Shown here in pieces: positions 58,042 through 64,000 of a stretch of 64,000 bases of DNA. Every line of letters starts with the position of its first letter. The first letter of the stretch is position 1. The stretch lies in IMG/VR virus record IMGVR_UViG_3300034013_000904; one strand, given 5' to 3'. The position numbers and the translations under genes are program-made. Source of the DNA: an uncultured virus (IMG/VR IMGVR_UViG_3300034013_000904) (lineage: Duplodnaviria; Heunggongvirae; Uroviricota; Caudoviricetes). The notes beneath the pieces are model-generated. The model saw only the letters and a list, made by a program, of their open reading frames with translations, did no database searches and was not told the origin of the DNA.

Positions 58042-58371
58042 TTAGGGCACGCGGCAGTCCCGTGCCCAGCCAGTATGCATGACATTGCACACCACAGTGG
58101 CGGGGTTGGTTTTGAGGATGGCCAGCACAGTTTCGGCCTGGCCGGTGCTGGTGGCTGTCTTCTCACCCGCCTCATCACACAGCAGCTTGACGCGGATGGT
58201 CTCGCTGCCGCTGACAACTTCGCCCACCTCACACCGTGCGTCAGAGGTTCGCACTCGAGTTTCTTTGCTGCCTAGGACCATGAAAAACAGCGCCAGGCTG
58301 GTGACAGCCACAGCCACCACTGCTCCCATTGGGGGGATCAAAAAGCTGCCGTTGCGGATGATGTTAATCAT
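58042..58371 (-). CDS. Hypothetical membrane-anchored protein
   Basis: N-terminal hydrophobic helix; AAGGA SD before ATG 58371. Confidence 0.6.
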   Translation of the reverse strand: MINIIRNGSFLIPPMGAVVAVAVTSLALFFMVLGSKETRVRTSDARCEVGEVVSGSETIRVKLLCDEAGEKTATSTGQAETVLAILKTNPATVVCNVMHTGWARDCRVP

Positions 58372-58846
58372 TGTTGTTGTCCTTAATGGTGATGGTGGGG
58401 CAAAAACGCTGTTTGACGCCAATGAGATAGCGCCCAAACACCTGTAGGAATGTGGGCGCACGCTGAGGAGCTTTCTTGACTGCGCTGCTGGTCTTTCTTG
58501 CCACCCACCGGATGGCCTCAGGTGCTCCCACAACAGCCGTTGCCACCAACATAGCGGCAGCAAACACACCAACAAAAAGTCCCACAGTCATGGCCACCGT
58601 TGTGACATTGAACAGCAGGAAGGGCATCACCAGCATCACAAACGCCACCCACGCCCACACAGCCAAGTTCAGCAGGGCCACCAGGGTGCCCAGCAGGATT
58701 GTGCGGAAGAAGGTGCAGAGGTCGGTGCCCTTATTCATAGCCCTCTCTACTCGTCGACTAGCGTATCCTGGATTGAGCCACCGGTCCAGAATATTGCAGT
58801 TCCATAGGAACCACTTCACATACCATTGATCACTGTTGACTTGCAC
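58364..58846 (-). CDS. Hypothetical membrane protein
   Basis: DLCTFFR followed by two hydrophobic helices and a FCP C-terminus. Confidence 0.7.
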   Translation of the reverse strand: MQVNSDQWYVKWFLWNCNILDRWLNPGYASRRVERAMNKGTDLCTFFRTILLGTLVALLNLAVWAWVAFVMLVMPFLLFNVTTVAMTVGLFVGVFAAAMLVATAVVGAPEAIRWVARKTSSAVKKAPQRAPTFLQVFGRYLIGVKQRFCPTITIKDNNND

Positions 58847-58849
58847 GGT

Positions 58850-59545
58850 TTACACTCCTGTCAAAATGTCTTGAATCATTGCCTTGACCTTGATGTTGAA
58901 TGCCCGTTGGCGTGAGCACCAAGATTCATAGCTGGCTGGCCGACCACCATCACCAAAACGTTGAGCCAAGTGAGCCGAAGTTTGGCTCGCAAACTGGATG
59001 TTGGCCTCGTGCTGTTTCGCATTGGTTTCAGGGTCAAATCCATACTGGTCAGGCTCACTGCGAAACACTACAAAAATCATCTCACGCACTGCTGCAAGCC
59101 ATTCGGGGTCAACATCATCTGGCACCTGGCTCATCCGGCTGTAGGCACAGAGAGGATAAATGCTTTTGGCTGAGAAGCTGTCTCTGAGCCTGGTCGGTGT
59201 GTTGTGGCTCCACTCCACTAGTGCCAGATCATTGGCATTTTCGACGGTGGCCCTAATCCGCATGCTCTCCTGCTGGATCATCACACGATATCGAGCCAAA
59301 GTAGAGGCATCCATCTCGTTGGCATCTTCCTCCAGCCGCTCTCTCATCCACTTGGTGTTTTCTGCTACCAGCTGTTCCACAGTGCGCAAAGGTGGCTCGT
59401 CAAATATGCTCACTAGCTGTCCATCCTGCCATTCCATGCCATTGCCAATCACACAAAACCACTGTTCCAGCACATCAGTACGGCAGCGATAAAGAGTGGG
59501 GTAGCGTCGGATGCTGTCTGCAATACGCTTGTTGATCAGGCTCAC
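58850..59545 (-). CDS. Hypothetical protein
   Basis: 231-aa ORF with promoter at 59573-59600 and GAGG SD. Confidence 0.7.
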   Translation of the reverse strand: MSLINKRIADSIRRYPTLYRCRTDVLEQWFCVIGNGMEWQDGQLVSIFDEPPLRTVEQLVAENTKWMRERLEEDANEMDASTLARYRVMIQQESMRIRATVENANDLALVEWSHNTPTRLRDSFSAKSIYPLCAYSRMSQVPDDVDPEWLAAVREMIFVVFRSEPDQYGFDPETNAKQHEANIQFASQTSAHLAQRFGDGGRPASYESWCSRQRAFNIKVKAMIQDILTGV

Positions 59546-59603
59546 GTTCTCACCTCTTGCGTGTCAATAGGCATAGTAGCACAGACATAGACTGAGTCAA
59601 GAG

Positions 59604-59636
59604 AAAAAGTGAGGGGCACGGTCACACCCCTCACTT
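59604..59636 (-). terminator. Intrinsic terminator
   Basis: AAGTGAGGGG..CCCCTCACTT stem followed by a T run on the minus strand. Confidence 0.8.
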
Positions 59637-59642
59637 GAGCAA

Positions 59643-60047
59643 TCAGCCGTCCAGCTGGGCCAGGCGGGCCAGCAGCTCATCCTTGCTGGCCTTGGTGAGC
59701 TCTTCGGATTCGCGAGCTGCCAGTGCATCCAGGATGCGAGCACGCTCCACAGCACGCTGGGCACGCTGCTCGGCCAGCCGGTTCTCTTCCTGTCGCACAG
59801 CGATGATGGATTTGACCAGTTCCAGCTTGCCTTCAGCAGTGGAGCGAGCAGGGTTGCTCCGTGTTTCCACAAAGCTTTCCTCGCCTAGGTCCTTGACCTC
59901 TTGGTTGAGGCCCCGAGCCACGGAGTTGAGGTCAAAGCCATTCTTGGCTAGGAGTGGCATGCTCCACAGTTGCTCGGTGGTGAGCTCGCCACGAGTGCTG
60001 GGAAAGCGCCAAGCCTGTCGAGAAGCGGTAACAAAAAGATCGTTCAT
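59643..60047 (-). CDS. Conserved phage coiled-coil protein
   Basis: ASRQAWRFPSTRGELTTEQLW.MPL..LNSVA..ESFV. Confidence 0.75.
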   Translation of the reverse strand: MNDLFVTASRQAWRFPSTRGELTTEQLWSMPLLAKNGFDLNSVARGLNQEVKDLGEESFVETRSNPARSTAEGKLELVKSIIAVRQEENRLAEQRAQRAVERARILDALAARESEELTKASKDELLARLAQLDG

Positions 60048-60060
60048 GTTGGGTGTCCTT

Positions 60061-62037
60061 TCAAAAAATGATGTTGTAGGCACGAGTTGAGTTGTTGGTT
60101 GAGACTCGCACAGTGACCTCGTCGTTGCGTCCACGTGAGAAGCCCACGCCACTGAGTTGCTGATCTGAGGGTGCACACTTGGTCTTGTTGCCTAGCACCT
60201 CAAACACCTTGCGATGAGGCTCGAGGTCGCCTCGCAGGAACTCGTTGTAGATGCCTCGAGTGGCCTCGGGATTCTTGCAGCCTTCCAGGATGAAGAACCA
60301 ATGCTGGTTGCCCACACCGCCTGCGTTTTCCCAGTGGTTGGGACTGCACATCAGCGTGCTGACCGGCACAAAGTTTTCCGTAGCCACACCCCACTTCTGG
60401 GTTGACACGTCACCGCCTCGGATTGACTTGTTGACAATCTTGAGATCAGTGAGTTCGCCACGCACCATCTGGAAGGTGATGCAGTCCACCGTGCCTTTGA
60501 CACCTAGTGGATAGCTCAGCTGAGAGACCTTGCCCTCGCACTCAATCTCCAGTGTGAAGCCCACGTTGTCAGTCTCACGCTGACTGAACTGGTTGACCTG
60601 AATGCGGTAGACACCATCAAGCGGACGAGTCCAGCTGAGGTTCTCCACAGGCTCTCGAGTGGTGCCTCGGCCTGCATTCATGTCCACGTCCAGGATGCGC
60701 CCAGGGTTGCCGTAGTAGATGTGACCGTCAGGGCAGTGAGCATGGATGTCAAGGTCGTCATAGTTGCTCCAGGCCAAACTCACTCGGAGTGCTGCATTGG
60801 TGTTGCCACCTGCCCGCTTGACACGAGCCTTGATGCTGTCTGCGACCTCGCCATCATAGCTCCACGCAAAATCGTTGTTCCAGCGGAACAGCCGACCAGC
60901 ATCCACATGCACATGCACAGGTGCAGTCACGCTCACAAAGTTGCCCAGGTGCTGATTCTTCAGCAGCACCTCAACTCGGCGCGCCTTGGGCAGCACATCG
61001 CTCACAAACTCAGCCACCGGGATGCCAGTGACACCACTCACGTTCTTGGGCGGCGCTGAGCCGACTGCCTCCATGAGCAGGCTGGTGAGACCATCTCGCA
61101 TCTGTGCCTGCACACTGTTGTCCACAAACAGCACGTCGTTGACACTCACATCTTCCAGTCGGGCAAACCGCCGCTCGATGCTCCGCTCCAGATCCAGCTC
61201 ACGCAACTTCTCCACTGCCTTGGTGACCATGGCAGGCGTGATGAGTGCAGTGGTGCGCTTGTAGTTGGTGGGGGCCACCTTCTGCTCAAAACCGCGCACG
61301 GCACGCTCGAGGTCCACACCATCACTGAGGTCCTGGATCAGCGTGCCAATCACCGTGTTGCGAAAGCGTGCCACAGGGTTGCCGACGTTGCTCCACACAT
61401 GCAGGCTGCCGTCACCTGAGGCACGGTAGGCACGCTGGAGGCTTTGAAACTCCTGCACAGCTCGACGGTGCTCACTACCACGGTAGAGGGCGTTGCTGTC
61501 GATGAGGTCCAGCACTGTCTGGAAGGTGTCGTCACCCAAGGTGTCTAGGCCGCGACGCAGCACTTGAGCAGTGGTGTTGATGCTGCCTCGCTCTTCGTCG
61601 GGACGAGCACAGCGGTGACGAGTTGCCACCTCAGCATGGAAGTGGTCCCAGCGTCGGTTGTCACTGTCATAGGTGTGTGAGGCACCAAAGCGAGTTTCCT
61701 TGGTGCGGAACACGCTTTTGATGGGAAGCTGTTGCACTAGTGCATCCATGGCCGCAGCCACAGTGGCATAGGGCTCGGGGAGGTTGGGAACGCTCCACAC
61801 GCTTTCCTTGCGGCCGTTGACGATAGCCACCACACCGCCCATGTTGCGCACAAAGTTCTTGCAGCAAGAGCAGTCATGCGTGGTGCGAACCCGGAACATG
61901 GGGTCAGTGCCCTCGGGAAAACTCAGCAGGTAGCTGGTGAAGAGGTCAATACCCTCTACCACATACAGCTCATGCTGGCTGAGGCTCTTGACTCGATTGG
62001 CTACAGCAGTGCTGAAGCTGGGGAAATCAGCTGTCAT
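60061..62037 (-). CDS. Large conserved phage protein with a C-terminal YfaP/DUF2135-like domain
   Basis: HDCSCCKNF; LRVSLAW..DDLDIH..P..IYY..LDVDMN..PVEN. Confidence 0.75.
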   Translation of the reverse strand: MTADFPSFSTAVANRVKSLSQHELYVVEGIDLFTSYLLSFPEGTDPMFRVRTTHDCSCCKNFVRNMGGVVAIVNGRKESVWSVPNLPEPYATVAAAMDALVQQLPIKSVFRTKETRFGASHTYDSDNRRWDHFHAEVATRHRCARPDEERGSINTTAQVLRRGLDTLGDDTFQTVLDLIDSNALYRGSEHRRAVQEFQSLQRAYRASGDGSLHVWSNVGNPVARFRNTVIGTLIQDLSDGVDLERAVRGFEQKVAPTNYKRTTALITPAMVTKAVEKLRELDLERSIERRFARLEDVSVNDVLFVDNSVQAQMRDGLTSLLMEAVGSAPPKNVSGVTGIPVAEFVSDVLPKARRVEVLLKNQHLGNFVSVTAPVHVHVDAGRLFRWNNDFAWSYDGEVADSIKARVKRAGGNTNAALRVSLAWSNYDDLDIHAHCPDGHIYYGNPGRILDVDMNAGRGTTREPVENLSWTRPLDGVYRIQVNQFSQRETDNVGFTLEIECEGKVSQLSYPLGVKGTVDCITFQMVRGELTDLKIVNKSIRGGDVSTQKWGVATENFVPVSTLMCSPNHWENAGGVGNQHWFFILEGCKNPEATRGIYNEFLRGDLEPHRKVFEVLGNKTKCAPSDQQLSGVGFSRGRNDEVTVRVSTNNSTRAYNIIF

Positions 62038-62125
62038 AGGGTGTGTTTCTTTCAACTGTTGTGTGACTATAGCAAGGTTGCTGAGTTGTGTCTAGGACTT
62101 TTTCAGTAGATCAACGTGTGCTGCT

Positions 62126-62800
62126 TCATACTGCGCCAATCATGTTTTGCACCCACTCGGGGCACATCTTGATACGGCTCTGGGTGATGGCTGCATGATC
62201 GTAGTTGGTGTCCTTGGTGTCCTGGTAGTGCAGCAACCAAAGCCAAGGACGATGCCTCCACTGGGGCAGGAGATCGCCAGCACTCTGCAGGCCTTGGATC
62301 TTGTGGCGCAGTGCCTCGCGAGCATCATGGTCGCCACACCACACACCGGGATTTTCCTGGTCTACATAGCCCTCAAAATGCCCGCTGCTGGTGTAGCACC
62401 AACGGTCTGTGCCGCTGTGAGGAATCCAGTTGTAGTAGACTTTTGCACCGTTCACATGGTCACCGCAGAAGGTGTCGAAACACAGCAGCAGCCCGTCCCG
62501 GTGAGCGTAGATGAAATAGCGTTCTTCACGATCGGGATCAGTGCTGTCGTATCCCCGTACCACAAAGGGCAGCTCCAGCGCCAACTCAAAACCCATGAGG
62601 GTGATGATCTCCTGGTAGCGAACCAGCCGGTTGCTGAAGGTGGTGTCGCCCAACTCCTCTAGAGCCCTTTGCTTGCGCTGGTTGTGGCTGACGTGCAGCG
62701 CCATACCAAGGTTGACACTATCGGGATTGTTGCGGCCCAGCATGCGCTCAGCTGTGTCCAGTGGGTCAAACTTCAGCAAGCGATCAATTTCGTCACTCAC
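62126..62800 (-). CDS. Hypothetical protein
   Basis: Promoter at 62828-62855; GTG start at 62800 after AAGGA. Confidence 0.7.
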   Translation of the reverse strand: MSDEIDRLLKFDPLDTAERMLGRNNPDSVNLGMALHVSHNQRKQRALEELGDTTFSNRLVRYQEIITLMGFELALELPFVVRGYDSTDPDREERYFIYAHRDGLLLCFDTFCGDHVNGAKVYYNWIPHSGTDRWCYTSSGHFEGYVDQENPGVWCGDHDAREALRHKIQGLQSAGDLLPQWRHRPWLWLLHYQDTKDTNYDHAAITQSRIKMCPEWVQNMIGAV

Positions 62801-62858
62801 GGCTGGGTTCCTTTTCTCTATGTGGGCATTATAGCAGGATGCTGTTTTATGTCTAGCC

Positions 62859-63125
62859 TTAATTTTTTGGTGGACCAAACTTGTTGGCTAGCCTGAGATA
62901 CTCTTGATACTCAGCATCCTGCTGCCGAACATGTTTCTCAATGATGGGTTCCCAAGAGCCTGGCACTGTGCCGGCCTGGCCGGCTTGATAAGCCTCTACC
63001 TCACGCAGCAGAGCGCCGTATCCACCATCATCATAACGTCCAGAATAACCAGCATTGTCTAGGCGAGCTTGCGCTTCGGCTTTGACCCAAGAGATGATTT
63101 GGTTGGAAGTGGGATTTTTGCTCAT
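62859..63125 (-). CDS. Hypothetical protein
   Basis: GAGG SD before ATG 63125. Confidence 0.6.
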   Translation of the reverse strand: MSKNPTSNQIISWVKAEAQARLDNAGYSGRYDDGGYGALLREVEAYQAGQAGTVPGSWEPIIEKHVRQQDAEYQEYLRLANKFGPPKN

Positions 63126-63132
63126 GTCTGCC

Positions 63133-63609
63133 TCAGATAATATCCACGGTTTCTTGTCCGCCTGTAAACAACAGGGCCTCAACAAAAGGCAACGGATGAT
63201 CATTGTTGGTGGTGCAATAGGCAATCAGCGCCTTTGCACGGGTTTCAACATCTTGATCAGGGATGTTGAACAATTCTTGCTGATTTTGCGGACCGCGTAC
63301 CTGATCGTTCATGAAAAGATAATGAGCATATTTTTCTGCCTGTTTGGCAGCATCAGCTGATTGAAAACACAGCTCAGCTAGAATTCTAAAATCACCACCC
63401 GCTTGGTTTCGGCCACGTTGCAGCGAATTGAACAAAGTGCTTTGGCCAATCTTGAGATGTGCTCCGCTTACAGTTCCTGTAAGATAATCAGTCACATACT
63501 GTCGTGCAAAGTAGATTACATATCGATGCACTAGCTCGAGCTTGCCGCGTGCTAGCCCTTCTCGACTGATTCGTATGTTACAGTAGTCTGCATGTCCGGC
63601 GCCGTTCAT
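63133..63609 (-). CDS. T5orf172/GIY-YIG-like domain protein
   Basis: YVIYF..LKIGQS..R..AEKYAH..ELF. Confidence 0.5.
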   Translation of the reverse strand: MNGAGHADYCNIRISREGLARGKLELVHRYVIYFARQYVTDYLTGTVSGAHLKIGQSTLFNSLQRGRNQAGGDFRILAELCFQSADAAKQAEKYAHYLFMNDQVRGPQNQQELFNIPDQDVETRAKALIAYCTTNNDHPLPFVEALLFTGGQETVDII

Positions 63610-63649
63610 AATTACCCCGTGGGTTAGATATTGATACCAAAAGCGTTGT

Positions 63650-63889
63650 TTACATCTGAAACAACATCTCCACCAAGAGCATGTTACATTTGATCCCGCT
63701 TATAACACTCGTGGAGAGATAGGCAGCACAGGCATCAGCTTCCTCTTTTGTGTGGAATCTCATGGCTGCCACCCTATGATTACTCCAAAAACCCTGTGTT
63801 GTATCAACAGGATACAACCCTGATGGATGTCGCAAGATCCAATAGCCCATTGTATTCCGCTGATACAGCACTTTTCCTTCAGCAGTCAT
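63650..63889 (-). CDS. Hypothetical protein
   Basis: 79-aa ORF in the operon. Confidence 0.5.
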   Translation of the reverse strand: MTAEGKVLYQRNTMGYWILRHPSGLYPVDTTQGFWSNHRVAAMRFHTKEEADACAAYLSTSVISGIKCNMLLVEMLFQM

Positions 63890-64000
63890 TAGATCTGTTC
63901 CGCAATGATGGCAGCAGCCAGTGCCTCGCGGCTCTCAAACAGCATGGCTTCTTCATGCTCTCCATGGCAGGTGGCATACACCACACGGCAGGGACCAAAA

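Larger units (their letters stand above)
43854..62855 (-). promoter_or_regulatory. Array of sigma70-type early promoters (TTGACA-like, mostly N16, GC + TAnnnT)
   Basis: Copies at 43854-43881, 45745-45772, 46324-46351, 49531-49558, 52705-52733, 53256-53283, 54315-54342, 55011-55039, 55218-55245, 56347-56374, 56862-56889, 57801-57828, 59573-59600, 62066-62094, 62828-62855. Confidence 0.85.

Noticed and set aside
1..64000. Stop-codon reassignment as in some large phages
   Set aside because: Core genes are full length in the standard code and TAA, TAG and TGA all end recognisable genes

Overview
A 64-kb segment of a large T4-related (jumbo-type) myovirus genome read in the standard genetic code; no rRNA, tRNA or CRISPR array was seen. 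The left ~41 kb is the late/structural and replication block: major capsid protein, scaffold, prohead protease, portal, three collagen-like fibre paralogs beside a 2OG-Fe(II) oxygenase, a tape-measure-like gene, gp26/gp51-like chaperones, Holliday junction resolvase, gp46/gp47, gp55-like late sigma factor, baseplate genes and four free-standing homing-endonuclease-like genes. Most late genes sit behind a TAAATA promoter core. The right ~23 kb is a minus-strand early region of short ORFs behind repeated sigma70-type promoters, with an SNF2 helicase and the metabolic genes pyrB, purM, purN and uxs. The top candidate for an undescribed system is a 269-aa ORF (22199-23008) that resembles by eye the WED/REC half of TnpB with no RuvC domain, followed directly by a ~370-nt highly structured, pseudoknotted non-coding region on the same strand. 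Other highlights are a textbook -1 frameshift signal joining the gp26-like and gp51-like ORFs, a ligase + HIGH-nucleotidyltransferase + 2H-phosphoesterase polyprotein with prohead-protease-like sites at its domain junctions, and a collagen paralog split by a 126-nt stem-loop. All family assignments are by motif recognition; no searches were run.
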